Positions 1 through 10,174 of a DNA stretch of 64,000 nt are shown here, piece after piece. The DNA is from Bacteroidales bacterium (GTDB lineage: Bacteria > Bacteroidota > Bacteroidia > Bacteroidales > UBA932). Numbering within the stretch: the first letter of the stretch is position 1; each line of letters begins with the position of its first letter. The translations under genes were made by a program, and so were the position numbers. The DNA is taken from NCBI GenBank assembly GCA_017626355.1, contig JAGAIY010000012.1, positions 1,876-65,875 of the forward strand. The letters are read 5' to 3'. The notes beneath the pieces are model-generated. The model did not search any database. It was not told the origin of the DNA and saw only the letters and a program-made list of their open reading frames with translations.

Positions 1-12
1 AATCAAGATTTA

Positions 13-2052
13 TCAATCCACTTGATCACATGTAGGGAAAGCGGAAATGCGCAACCTTGCCGCACCCATAGGAATCAGTTCGATCTTTTCCACCACATCC
101 GACTTCACCGCGTCTTCATACGGAAGGACACCGCAAAGCTTGTATTCGTCTATGGTCCAGTCCGGAACCTGTCTTCCGACAGCCTCGAAAACGAGAGGCA
201 CATTCTCATGAGTGAAAGGATTCACACCAGGCTTGAGTTCCCTGCGTTCCTTCAATCTGACGCTCTCCACCTGCAGGGCATAATTCCACGGACTGTCCGG
301 ATATATTTCATATGAAGGCCACTTCTCAGTATCCGCTCCCTCCTGCCAGCGGGAATCCCAGATGGCTGTCTGAGCACTGTTCTTCATGACATATCTTTCC
401 GCTATCTTGAGCGACAAGGTCAAAGGACCGTAATCGACGCTGACGCTGTTCTTGTTCACCTGCCAGGTCCTGTGCGAAAGTTCCATAGGGAAGTCCGCCT
501 CCACCCTGTCACCGTCTTTCCACTCACGGTCGATGCAGATGTAATCCCCCTTGCCGGCTGTCACCTTCTTTCCGTTCACCTTGAACGAAGCATCCTTTGT
601 CCAACGCGGAACACGGATATAGAACGGGAATTCCACAGTCTCCCCTCCGGTCTCGATCGTGAAAGCGATATTGGTATCGAAAGGATAGTCCGTCACCTCC
701 TTTATGACAATCTCCCTGCCGTCAGCAACCTTCATCCTTGCCTCGCAAGAATTGAAGAGGACAGCAGCGGCACCATTGTCAGGAGTAGCCAGAATCAGAT
801 GCTCCACGTAATAAGGCCAGGCAAAACCATGGTTATGCTGGCAGCAACGGCTGCTGAAAGGGTTCATGGCGAGGAAAGGTCCGGCATTGTCGATGCCAGG
901 CTTATGGTTTTCGCTGTCACTCATCACCATGTTCGGAGATGTTATATACCTCAACGACCTGTAGTCGGGCATAAAGGCTGCCGGATAGCTGTTGAAGGCG
1001 ATGTCCTCACAGTTCTCAGCCCAATATGGATCACCGGTTATCATCATCATTATCTCATCAGACGCCATCTGCTCTGCAAAACTGCATGTCTCCGCCCCCT
1101 GTCTCGGATCGAAGAAGCCGGTACGCGCATTCTCATCAGCGCCGAACATACCTCCCGGCACCTGTCCGAATGTCCTTCGCACGAAGCTCTGCACATTGTA
1201 GCTGGCCTCCATCATCTTCCTGTCACCGTTGAACATATAATATGTAGCCGGCTCACGCACTCCCTGAGCGATATTCACGACATGCCAGGTCGGAAGTTCC
1301 GTCGACTTTGTCCAGTCAGAGGTGTTTCTATGGATCTTGTCAGCCAGCTCCAGCAACGCAGCATCACCCGTACGGTTATAAAGCCATGCCACGCTCCACA
1401 TGTTGTCACCTCCTCTATGAGACTGCCACGACACCCTCATGAAGCGGTCGTCCGGAACCGTCAGCTGATAATGGAAGTATCTGGTCATGAAATCGATCAC
1501 ACGGTCATCTCCGCTATATTCATAATAGGACTGAAGGATCCACAATGCAATCATGTTGGGCCAGAAATCCTGCATGCCGCCGGTTTCAGTATACGGACCG
1601 AAATTTCCGTCTTCGCGCTGACTGCCCAGAATTGCCTCGATCCACAATCTTGCTTCATCAAGCATATCCGGATCATCGAATATATAAGCTACTCCCGCAT
1701 ATCCGCGAAGCCAGTAAGGGACTTCCTCCCATCCCCAATGCCCACCTGCCTTCAACCAGGCGTTGTCCTCCTTCTGAAGCCATGCACTGATCTCGCCCAG
1801 ATGGCCGTTCAGACCGTCCTTCTGAAGTTCAAGCTGGGTCAAGAGCCAGCCTCCAGGCTTGATGCTGCCGGTCGGAAGCTTTATGAACCGCTGAGGCATC
1901 AATGGCTCCCGATTGCTCGGATAGTTCACATTTCTTTCCAGCACAGGAATTTCATCCATAGCTTTAACCTCATCAGAAACCTCTGATGTACAGGATGTTA
2001 TAGCAAGAATCGCCATAACACATAACAAACTGGTCCTTTTCATGTCCTTCAT
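13..2052 (-). CDS. GH127/GH146-type beta-L-arabinofuranosidase-like lipoprotein (DUF1680)
   Basis: 679 aa; lipobox AITSC; GWEEVPYWLRG, HVVNIAQG, AETC and RCCQHN Cys/Zn motifs; start may be 2043. Confidence 0.75.
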   Translation of the reverse strand: MKDMKRTSLLCVMAILAITSCTSEVSDEVKAMDEIPVLERNVNYPSNREPLMPQRFIKLPTGSIKPGGWLLTQLELQKDGLNGHLGEISAWLQKEDNAWLKAGGHWGWEEVPYWLRGYAGVAYIFDDPDMLDEARLWIEAILGSQREDGNFGPYTETGGMQDFWPNMIALWILQSYYEYSGDDRVIDFMTRYFHYQLTVPDDRFMRVSWQSHRGGDNMWSVAWLYNRTGDAALLELADKIHRNTSDWTKSTELPTWHVVNIAQGVREPATYYMFNGDRKMMEASYNVQSFVRRTFGQVPGGMFGADENARTGFFDPRQGAETCSFAEQMASDEIMMMITGDPYWAENCEDIAFNSYPAAFMPDYRSLRYITSPNMVMSDSENHKPGIDNAGPFLAMNPFSSRCCQHNHGFAWPYYVEHLILATPDNGAAAVLFNSCEARMKVADGREIVIKEVTDYPFDTNIAFTIETGGETVEFPFYIRVPRWTKDASFKVNGKKVTAGKGDYICIDREWKDGDRVEADFPMELSHRTWQVNKNSVSVDYGPLTLSLKIAERYVMKNSAQTAIWDSRWQEGADTEKWPSYEIYPDSPWNYALQVESVRLKERRELKPGVNPFTHENVPLVFEAVGRQVPDWTIDEYKLCGVLPYEDAVKSDVVEKIELIPMGAARLRISAFPTCDQVD

Positions 2053-2067
2053 GTATTATATTTTCTA

Positions 2068-2098
2068 CAAAAATAAGCAATACCCACCACAGTACAAA
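2068..2098 (-). promoter_or_regulatory. Bacteroidota sigma-A promoter for the GH127 gene
   Basis: Minus-strand TATTTTTG (-7, 2068-2075) and TTTG (-33, 2095-2098), 19 bp apart. Confidence 0.55.
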
Positions 2099-2136
2099 CC
2101 AAAAATGCGTATATTTGCGTGATATATAGCACACTT

Positions 2137-2937
2137 ATGTTACTCGACATCTTCGGCTTCCTGCAACTGTCCTTCACGGACATACTCGACATACTCCTGC
2201 TGGCCATGATCATATATGTAGCCTTCAGGTGGATAAAGGGAACATCGGCAATGAGCATATTCATCGCCATCATATCCCTGTATATAGTACGTGTCCTCGT
2301 ATCGGCCTTCAACATGAGGCTGATGACGGCGATCATGGAAACGGTGCTCGACGTCGGAGTCCTCGCGATCATCGTCATCTTCCAGCCTGAAATCAGGAAA
2401 TTCCTCATCAGGTTCGGAAACCGATGGATGAAGACAGCCAAGGGACAGCAGGTGCTGGGCAAGCTGTTCGGAGACAGGAAGGGTACCGTTTCGGGAAGCG
2501 AGGCAGCCAACGAGATCACCGAGGCATGCCGCAGAATGTCAGAAGACAAGACCGGCGCGCTTATCGTCATCGCTCATTCGGTACCTCTTGACGACATAAT
2601 ATCTACCGGCGACAACATCGATTCCGCCATCCACCGTCGTCTGATAATGAACCTTTTCTTCAAGAACTCCCCGCTTCACGACGGAGCCCTTGTAGTAGCC
2701 GGCAACCGCCTTGCGGCAGCCCGATGCACCCTGCCGATAACCTCCAGGACCGACATCCCGGCCAATTACGGCATGAGACACAAGGCTGCGATAGGCATCA
2801 CCGAAGAAACAGATGCCGATGCAGTGATCGTCTCCGAAGAGACCGGAAGGATATCCTTCGCCAAAGGCGGCAAGGTCACCCCTATCCAGAACATCAACGA
2901 GCTGAAGCTCCTGCTCAACGAAGCCCTCGGCAGCTGA
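2137..2937 (+). CDS. cdaA: Diadenylate cyclase CdaA (N-terminal TM helices + DisA_N/DAC domain)
   Basis: FQPEIR, KTGALIV, PLHDGA, GMRHKAA and VSEETG motifs; ATG at 2137 follows TATATTTG (2110-2117). Confidence 0.92.
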   Translation: MLLDIFGFLQLSFTDILDILLLAMIIYVAFRWIKGTSAMSIFIAIISLYIVRVLVSAFNMRLMTAIMETVLDVGVLAIIVIFQPEIRKFLIRFGNRWMKTAKGQQVLGKLFGDRKGTVSGSEAANEITEACRRMSEDKTGALIVIAHSVPLDDIISTGDNIDSAIHRRLIMNLFFKNSPLHDGALVVAGNRLAAARCTLPITSRTDIPANYGMRHKAAIGITEETDADAVIVSEETGRISFAKGGKVTPIQNINELKLLLNEALGS

Positions 2938-3022
2938 GTGCCGCCAAAAATTCTTTTCATCATAAAATCGGGCAGCTTCTATACAAATTGGGATAATCTT
3001 GGTATCTTTGCAGATTGGAGTT

Positions 3023-5569
3023 ATGGAAGACAAGAAAAGAATAGATACAAGATTGGAGCAGAAGCTCGGATTTGACCGCATAAGACGGATCATTTCCGAC
3101 AGATGCTCTACGTCATATGCCGTGGAGAGGACTGCAACCGAAACCTTCTCCACCAGCGCCGCCAAGATACGCAAGAGACTTCTTCTCACCGACGAGATGA
3201 GGCTCATCATGATGTTCGAAGACAGTTTCCCGTCTGGAGGCTTCATCGACTGCATAGATTTCCTGAAGCCGCTCGAGACAAGTTCCGCGGCAATCGACCT
3301 CCTTTCGATGCGCAAGCTCAAGACCATGCTCGAGACCCTGCGCAAGGTGACGGCCTTCTTCGAGGAGGTGAAGGACGGAGTCTACCCGAACCTCAAGAGA
3401 ATGTCAGCCCCGATAATGGGCTTTCCTGAGGTACAGAGACGCATAGAGGGCATTCTGGACCGTTACGGTGATGTGAAGGATACGGCTTCGGACATGCTCT
3501 ATGACATACGCAAGTCGCTGAGGGACAAGGAAGGAGCCATATCACGCCGCATGAGCGCCATCCTGAAGAAGGCACAGGAGGAAGGAATCGTCGACAGCGA
3601 TGCAGGCGTATCGGTACGCGACGGAAAGATGCTCATCCCTGTGAGCGCAGCCAACAAGAAACGCATAGCAGGCTTCATATATGACGAATCCGCAACAGGA
3701 AAGACAGCCTTCATAGAGCCGGCGGAAGTTGTCGAACTTGACAACCAGATCAAGGAACTCAAATTCGCCGAGCAGCGTGAAATATTACGTATATTGCTGG
3801 AATTCACAGACTTCCTGAGACCATACATCCCGGATCTCCTCGACGCCGCCCGCTATCTTGGAGAAATCGACTTCCTGATGGCGAAGGCACAGATATCCCT
3901 GGACTTCATTGCCGGCATGCCGATAATCTCGGAAAACGGCGAGATGAACCTCCGCAAGGCACGCCATCCGCTTCTGGAACGCGCCCTCAAGAAAGAGAAG
4001 AAGGAGATAGTCCCGCTCACCGCGACCCTCACTCCACAGAAACATATCCTGCTCATCTCCGGCCCTAATGCCGGCGGAAAATCGGTCTGCCTGAAGACAG
4101 TAGGCCTGCTTCAGTACATGTTCCAGTGGGGCATGCTCATCCCGACTTCCGAAACATCGGAGATGATGATCTTCGACCGCATAATGGTGGACATCGGAGA
4201 TGACCAGTCCATAGACAACGACCTCAGTACCTACAGTTCCTTCCTCGGGAACATGAAGGACATGCTCGCAAAGGCAGACGGGAAGACTCTCGTGCTGATC
4301 GACGAGTTCGGAAGCGGCACCGAGCCTGCTGCCGGAGGAGCCATAGCCGAAGCCATCCTGAGCGAGATGGACAAGCGCGGAGTGTACGGAGTCATAACCA
4401 CGCACTACACCAACCTCAAGCTCTACGCTTCCGCCGACACCGGAGTCATGAACGGAGCCATGATGTTCGATGTGAAGAACATCGCCCCTATGTTCAAGCT
4501 CGAGATGGGACTGCCGGGCAACTCGTTCGCTTTCGAGCTTGCACGCAAGATGGGACTGCCGGAAAACATAATCAAGGACGCCGAAAGCCGTGCAGGAGAG
4601 GAGTTCGTGGGAATCGAGCGCAACCTCCGCAAGATCGCCCGCAACAGAAAGGCTCTTGACGAGAAGCTCGAACGCATAAAGAATACCGACAGGACCCTTG
4701 AGAACATAACGGACAAGTACCAGAAGGAGCTCAAGGACATAAAGAAGCTCCGCAAGGACATCCTCGACCAGGCCAAGAAGGAGGCGGAAGAGATAATCAA
4801 GGGTGCCAACAGACAGGTGGAAAGCACCATAAAGACCATCAAGGAGTCCCAGGCCGAGAAGGAATCGACCAACGAGGCGAGAAAGGAGCTGCAGGGCTTC
4901 CTCGGAGCGCTTACCGCCCGCAAGGAACAGGAACAGAAGGCCAAGGACGACTATATAGAGAAGAAGATAAAGCAGCTGGACGAGCGCAAGGAGCGTCAGA
5001 AGCAGCGCAAGGCCAAGCGTGCTGACGAAAAGGAAAAGAAGGAGCAGATGGAGCTTCTGGCCGAGCAGGAAAGGATAGCGGCGTTCAAGTCGGCTCCTCT
5101 GAAGGCCGGAGAGAAGGTTCGCGTGAAGGAGAACGGAATGGTGGGAGAGGTCACCAAGGTTTCGGCCAAGGCGGTGTTCGTGGCTATCGGCAATATCACG
5201 AGCAAGATGCCTCTGGACAAGGTGGAACGCATAACCTCCAACGAGTACAAGAGTGCCGTCAAAGAGATTGCAAGGCCGGTTTCGACCATCCGCGTGGATT
5301 CTTCCATCTCTGAGCGCAAGCTGAATTTCAGCACTGAGATAGATGTGCGCGGAGAGAGGTTGAACGATGCAGTGGAAAAGGTTACCAGATATGTGGACGA
5401 TGCCGTGATGCTCGGTGTATCAAGCGTCAGGATCATCCATGGAAAAGGTACAGGAGTGCTTCGCGACGAGCTTCAGAAACTTATCAGGACAATGCCTGGA
5501 GTGGCTTCGGTGAAGGATGAGCACATACAGTTCGGCGGTACAGGGGTCACCATCGTTACTTTTGATTGA
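3023..5569 (+). CDS. mutS2: MutS2 family ATPase with C-terminal Smr domain
   Basis: Walker A GPNAGGKS, LIDEFGSGT, TTHY, coiled coil, Smr IIHGKGTG; ATG 3023 after TATCTTTG (3003-3010). Confidence 0.93.
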   Translation: MEDKKRIDTRLEQKLGFDRIRRIISDRCSTSYAVERTATETFSTSAAKIRKRLLLTDEMRLIMMFEDSFPSGGFIDCIDFLKPLETSSAAIDLLSMRKLKTMLETLRKVTAFFEEVKDGVYPNLKRMSAPIMGFPEVQRRIEGILDRYGDVKDTASDMLYDIRKSLRDKEGAISRRMSAILKKAQEEGIVDSDAGVSVRDGKMLIPVSAANKKRIAGFIYDESATGKTAFIEPAEVVELDNQIKELKFAEQREILRILLEFTDFLRPYIPDLLDAARYLGEIDFLMAKAQISLDFIAGMPIISENGEMNLRKARHPLLERALKKEKKEIVPLTATLTPQKHILLISGPNAGGKSVCLKTVGLLQYMFQWGMLIPTSETSEMMIFDRIMVDIGDDQSIDNDLSTYSSFLGNMKDMLAKADGKTLVLIDEFGSGTEPAAGGAIAEAILSEMDKRGVYGVITTHYTNLKLYASADTGVMNGAMMFDVKNIAPMFKLEMGLPGNSFAFELARKMGLPENIIKDAESRAGEEFVGIERNLRKIARNRKALDEKLERIKNTDRTLENITDKYQKELKDIKKLRKDILDQAKKEAEEIIKGANRQVESTIKTIKESQAEKESTNEARKELQGFLGALTARKEQEQKAKDDYIEKKIKQLDERKERQKQRKAKRADEKEKKEQMELLAEQERIAAFKSAPLKAGEKVRVKENGMVGEVTKVSAKAVFVAIGNITSKMPLDKVERITSNEYKSAVKEIARPVSTIRVDSSISERKLNFSTEIDVRGERLNDAVEKVTRYVDDAVMLGVSSVRIIHGKGTGVLRDELQKLIRTMPGVASVKDEHIQFGGTGVTIVTFD

Positions 5570-5570
5570 T

Positions 5571-5987
5571 ATGAACAGATACTTATATATTATAGCAGCC
5601 GCACTTCTGTTGTCAGGCGGATGCAGAGGAGGGCAGCAGGAGGCAGTCCTGGGACCGGAGGATATTGTAGAGGCATTCTTCAGGGCCACGGCTTCCGGTG
5701 ACATGGAAACAGCCCGCACGCTTTGCGACACGGCAGCCATGAAGGTCTATCTCGACAATTGGACGGCAGCATGGGAGGAACTGGAGAAGCAGGACAGCAG
5801 CGCTCTGAGAATCGCCGCCGGCATTCTGTCGGAATCTTCCTTTGCCGTAGTGAAGACCGAGAAGGACGGTGACAGAAGGGCTGTAACATATACGCTTGAG
5901 TCTGAGGGAAATACAAAGACCCGCAAGGCTGTACTGAAGAAGGAGGAGGGAGAATGGAGAGTGGAGGAAGTGACAGACGTTCAGTAG
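5571..5987 (+). CDS. Small lipoprotein, DUF4878/NTF2-like
   Basis: Lipobox LLSGGC; P-x-x-V-x-x-F N-terminal helix; C-terminal LKKEEGEWRV; ATG 1 nt after the mutS2 stop. Confidence 0.6.
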   Translation: MNRYLYIIAAALLLSGGCRGGQQEAVLGPEDIVEAFFRATASGDMETARTLCDTAAMKVYLDNWTAAWEELEKQDSSALRIAAGILSESSFAVVKTEKDGDRRAVTYTLESEGNTKTRKAVLKKEEGEWRVEEVTDVQ

Positions 5988-6343
5988 GAAGGAAAGGAGA
6001 GGAACTCGCATGCCGTCTTCTTGAGGAACGGGGACACAGGATACTCGAAAGGAACTGGCGGTACGGTCACCTCGAAATAGACATAATAAGCATGGACCCT
6101 GCTGGAATACATTTTGTAGAGGTCAAGACCCGCTGCAGCAACATCCAGGCTCCACCTCAGGACAATGTGGACACAGCCAAGCAACGGAGGATAGCCAAGG
6201 CGGCTCAGGCTTATCTGAGGACATCGCGGGGCCTGCCCGCACGCAACATGGAGTGCATGTTCGATGTCATAGCCGTGACATACGGACGGGACTCCGTCAG
6301 GACAGAATACATAGAACAGGCCTATATACCTGTATATATATAG
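5954..6343 (+). CDS. yraN: YraN/UPF0102 putative endonuclease
   Basis: GRKGEELA, ILERNWR, EIDII, FVEVKTR and FDVIAV motifs. Confidence 0.88.
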   Translation: MESGGSDRRSVGRKGEELACRLLEERGHRILERNWRYGHLEIDIISMDPAGIHFVEVKTRCSNIQAPPQDNVDTAKQRRIAKAAQAYLRTSRGLPARNMECMFDVIAVTYGRDSVRTEYIEQAYIPVYI

Positions 6344-6368
6344 AAGAACCACTTATTGATGACATATC

Positions 6369-7463
6369 ATGGACAGTAAGAATTGCTATTGTGTGATCAT
6401 GGCCGGAGGAACCGGAACCAGATTCTGGCCTTTGAGCAGAGCTGATAAACCTAAACAGTTTCTTGATGTAGCAGACACCGGCAAGACATTCATCCGTACG
6501 ACCTACGAAAGGTTCGCACGTGTCGTTCCGCAGGAGAACATCCTCGTGGTGACCGGAGACAGATACCGCGACCTGGTAATGGAGCAGATTCCTGAGCTTG
6601 ACAGCTGCAACCTGCTTCTGGAGCCATACAGCCGTAATACAGCCCCGTGCATCGCATATGCGACATATACCCTCCTGAAAAGGAATCCGCAGGCATGCAT
6701 GGTGGTGACACCGTCAGACCACCTCATCGACGACGAAGAGAAATTCACGGAAAAGCTGCGCCAGACCTTCGAATATGTTTCCGCCAACGATGTCCTGATG
6801 ACTTTGGGTGTACTTCCTACAAGACCTGACACCAACTACGGATACATCCAGGCCTCGGGAGGAACCGATGCATACAACATCTCCGAACCGATGAAAGTCA
6901 AGACCTTCACGGAAAAACCTGACAAGGAGCTTGCGGAGGTGTTCATCAACACCGGGGAATTCTTCTGGAACTCGGGAATCTTCCTCTGGAAGGCAGAAAC
7001 GATCAAGGAGGAGATGGAAAGATATCTTCCGGAAGTGACCGGACTCTTCAGAGGCTGGGAGAACGCGATAGGTTCAAGAATAGAGGCGGAATTCATTGCA
7101 AGGGCATATACGGACTGTCCCAACATCTCCATCGACTATGGAGTCATGGAAAAGACATCAAGGGCGTGGATCTGCCCTGTAAGCTTCGGCTGGGCGGATG
7201 TGGGAACATGGGAGTCCCTCTACAACTACATCCCGAAGGACATGAACGGCAATGCTTTCAATGTGGAAAGGACGCTTATAGAGAACTCGCAGGATGTGCT
7301 GATAGTTTCTCCTCAGAAGAAGAAGCTGATAGCAGTCAAAGGCCTCGAGGACTATATCATCGTGGACACGGAGGATGCTCTGGTAATATGTCCTAAGGAT
7401 GACAGGAAATTCAAGGAATTCATAACAGGCATCGGAATGCCGGAATTTGAAAAATACAGATAA
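6369..7463 (+). CDS. manC: Mannose-1-phosphate guanylyltransferase
   Basis: IMAGGTGTRFWPLSR, PKQF, EPxxRNTAP, FTEKPD, WNSGIF, SIDYGVMEK, WADVGTW. Confidence 0.9.
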   Translation: MDSKNCYCVIMAGGTGTRFWPLSRADKPKQFLDVADTGKTFIRTTYERFARVVPQENILVVTGDRYRDLVMEQIPELDSCNLLLEPYSRNTAPCIAYATYTLLKRNPQACMVVTPSDHLIDDEEKFTEKLRQTFEYVSANDVLMTLGVLPTRPDTNYGYIQASGGTDAYNISEPMKVKTFTEKPDKELAEVFINTGEFFWNSGIFLWKAETIKEEMERYLPEVTGLFRGWENAIGSRIEAEFIARAYTDCPNISIDYGVMEKTSRAWICPVSFGWADVGTWESLYNYIPKDMNGNAFNVERTLIENSQDVLIVSPQKKKLIAVKGLEDYIIVDTEDALVICPKDDRKFKEFITGIGMPEFEKYR

Positions 7464-7467
7464 TCTC

Positions 7468-7920
7468 ATGGAAATGGAAAAGCAGATACAGGCCGACATG
7501 GTAGCGGCCATGAAGGCAAAGGAGACCGTGCGTCTGGCCTCACTCAGAGCTATAAAGGCTGCGATAATGCTCGCAAAGACAGCAGAAGGTGCAACAGGAG
7601 AAGTGGATGATGCAGCTGTCGTGAAGATCATACAGAAACTCGTGAAGCAGCGCAAGGAAAGCGCCCAGCAGTACACAGATGCAGGCCGTCCGGAGCTCGC
7701 TGAAAACGAACTCGCGGAAGCGGCATGCATGGAGGTCTATCTCCCTAAACAGCTCAGCGAAGCCGAAGTGGAGGCAAAGCTTGCCGAGATAATAGCAGAA
7801 GTGGGAGCCTCACAGCCATCAGACATGGGCAAGGTCATGGGAGTAGCTACAAAACGCCTCGCCGGTCTTGCGGAAGGTCGTCTCATCTCGACTCTTGTCA
7901 AGAAACTTCTGACAAAATAG
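7468..7920 (+). CDS. yqeY: GatB/YqeY domain protein
   Basis: AMKAK, KQRKES, YLPKQLS, DMGKVMG; ATG 7468. Confidence 0.88.
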   Translation: MEMEKQIQADMVAAMKAKETVRLASLRAIKAAIMLAKTAEGATGEVDDAAVVKIIQKLVKQRKESAQQYTDAGRPELAENELAEAACMEVYLPKQLSEAEVEAKLAEIIAEVGASQPSDMGKVMGVATKRLAGLAEGRLISTLVKKLLTK

Positions 7921-7924
7921 AAAC

Positions 7925-10162
7925 CTATCTTGCCGGGCGGAAGACATATTTTCCGCCCGGTTCTGTATTCATATGTATCATCTCGCCCTGGGCTGTCGAT
8001 CCGGACTTCCCGGGGCCTTTTATTGCCACCTCTTTACCGGGCCAAGGGTTCTGCAAGGTCAGATTCCGGCCTTTTTCGCTGTAAAGGACAACTTCTTCTA
8101 TCTGGCCGTCCTTAAGTGAGGATGAGACCAGAAAGGCTCCCTCGACGCGGACGTTATGGAACTTCGCATCTTCGGTACGAGGCCATACCGGGAACACCCT
8201 CACTATGTCCTGATGCCCCATGCAAAGCATTTCATTGATGGTATTCGGCACTGTACTGAGGTTTTCTATGCCGTGCGGATTGTCATACTGGAAGCCGTTA
8301 GGATAGGTGTTCAAGGAATATTCGTGCAGATGCATCAATATGCTGTCCGCCTGATATCCCAGACGCACGGCAGCAGGATAGAAGCTGTTTGTTCCGTTGA
8401 AATCATCCCAGCGGCTCAGTTCTTCCAAGGTATTGAGGGCTATTTCACGAAGTTCCGGATCGCTTGCCAGACCGATCTGTCCGGCAGGATAGATGTGCTG
8501 GATACCGAGGGTATTGTCCCTCCACCAGTCCGTGCCTTTCTCGGTATATCTGAAGACGGTTTTCCCGTTCCTTTCCTGCAGAGGATAGTCTGCCAGACGG
8601 TCACGCCTTTCCTTCCATACAGGTCTGCGTTCCTCATCCTCCCCAAGCAGTCCGCTCATGTCACAGGCTGTATCAAAGACCATCCTTACAAGTCCGAGAG
8701 ATGCTATGGGGTTCTTTGTTCCTACGGTTCCCTCATGGATGGCATCGTTATATATTACATAGCGGTCTCCCTCGAGTGTAAGATAATTTTCCCAGAAATC
8801 AGCCACTCCCTTCACGAAAGGATATACCTTACGCGCGAAATCTTCGTCCCAGGTACGGTAGAACTGCATGGACATGTTCGCCACGGCATAAGCGGAATTG
8901 CTTTTCTGTCCCCAGAAGACTCCGCCTTTTTCGACATTGCCCTGTTCTATCCATTGAGGCATGTGTTCTTCAATGAAAGCAGACTGACGGGTCGTCTCTA
9001 TGCCCAGAGGACCTATGCCTACTGGAAGCATGATGCCGTCAGGAATGCCGGTAATCTGCTCGGAATAATAACGGCCCCTCGGGATCATGGCCAGCAGCGG
9101 AGCATAGTAAGGATCTGCCTGCTCGATCCTGTCAGCAGAGTAGAGGCCATAATACGGAGCCATATGGTTATAGTTGAGATGGTAGTCTCCGAACCACCAT
9201 GGCTGTTCCTTGGTGATCCAGGTTCCGAATATGGCTGGTGGGAAATCCTTGTCCCTGCTGGCACAGGCCAGTCCGTAGAGAGAGCGGTAGTACTGCAGCT
9301 CGATGACAGGATCGGAAATATCCACATAAGACTTCTCCCAGTAGTCATGCCACCACTGCCTATGGGCCTTGCGCACCTCGGACAGCATTCCGTCATCACA
9401 GGCTCCTGCCTTGCCGATCACCGTTTCCAGACAATCTTCCGACTTGAAGTTGCTTGAGAAGGCGCAGACCACAGTCACGCCGTCGCCGGGCTCAAGAAAG
9501 AAGCTTCCGCCCTGACAGCCCTCCGCCTTCATGGCCACGGCTGCCTTCGTAGGAATATCCACGGACTCTCTGCAGGCACGCGAAACATACCTGATTCCGT
9601 CATCTGTAGTACCGTCTTCACGCACGTCTGCAAAGTGCTGCTCGCCATCTGTCTCCTCCTCACCCGGCAAAGCAAGGGTCAGTGTTCCCTTTATAGCTTC
9701 CTTGCCCTCGTTGACTATTTCCGCCACCATGACATCATCCTCGGCAGCGACAAAGACCTCACATGACACGGCTGCATCATCCTTCCTGAAACGGGCTAAC
9801 GTCCTTGCATCATAAAGATGCTGCTCCACATGGTAGGAAGCACCTTCCAGCTCAGGGACAGCCATTGTAACCTTACCTAAGACAAGGGGAAAGGAATCGT
9901 TGTAGGATGATTTAAGTCTCCAGAAGTCATTGCGCGCGAAACGGAAGACAAAGTTGTCAGGGGTTCCCGACAAGGCCACTCCGGTATAGCCGTTTCCGAG
10001 CAGAGGAGCATCGACCGAACATTGGGCCGGAATCACCTGAGGGGGTTCCGTAAAATGAATGACATGACCGGAAACTATATCCGAAACATCATCCTGCTGC
10101 AGGTTGCAGGACAAAAGTGACAGACAGACTGCCGGGAAAAGGATCTTAAAGAATCGTACCAT
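7925..10162 (-). CDS. GH95-like (alpha/alpha)6 glycoside hydrolase lipoprotein, specificity unknown
   Basis: Lipobox LLSC; APLLGNG, GDYHLNYN and VFPVWP resemble ALPLGNG, SDFHTNIN and LLPALP of the GH95 at 54694-57114. Confidence 0.55.
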   Translation of the reverse strand: MVRFFKILFPAVCLSLLSCNLQQDDVSDIVSGHVIHFTEPPQVIPAQCSVDAPLLGNGYTGVALSGTPDNFVFRFARNDFWRLKSSYNDSFPLVLGKVTMAVPELEGASYHVEQHLYDARTLARFRKDDAAVSCEVFVAAEDDVMVAEIVNEGKEAIKGTLTLALPGEEETDGEQHFADVREDGTTDDGIRYVSRACRESVDIPTKAAVAMKAEGCQGGSFFLEPGDGVTVVCAFSSNFKSEDCLETVIGKAGACDDGMLSEVRKAHRQWWHDYWEKSYVDISDPVIELQYYRSLYGLACASRDKDFPPAIFGTWITKEQPWWFGDYHLNYNHMAPYYGLYSADRIEQADPYYAPLLAMIPRGRYYSEQITGIPDGIMLPVGIGPLGIETTRQSAFIEEHMPQWIEQGNVEKGGVFWGQKSNSAYAVANMSMQFYRTWDEDFARKVYPFVKGVADFWENYLTLEGDRYVIYNDAIHEGTVGTKNPIASLGLVRMVFDTACDMSGLLGEDEERRPVWKERRDRLADYPLQERNGKTVFRYTEKGTDWWRDNTLGIQHIYPAGQIGLASDPELREIALNTLEELSRWDDFNGTNSFYPAAVRLGYQADSILMHLHEYSLNTYPNGFQYDNPHGIENLSTVPNTINEMLCMGHQDIVRVFPVWPRTEDAKFHNVRVEGAFLVSSSLKDGQIEEVVLYSEKGRNLTLQNPWPGKEVAIKGPGKSGSTAQGEMIHMNTEPGGKYVFRPAR

Positions 10163-10174
10163 GTTGTTTCTCTC

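Noticed and set aside
472-1986. Long antisense ORFs (472-1986, 8156-9457, 12494-14227, 50497-51501 and others)
   Set aside because: They lie opposite well-supported genes and have no recognisable motifs; codon bias of the real gene explains these shadow ORFs.
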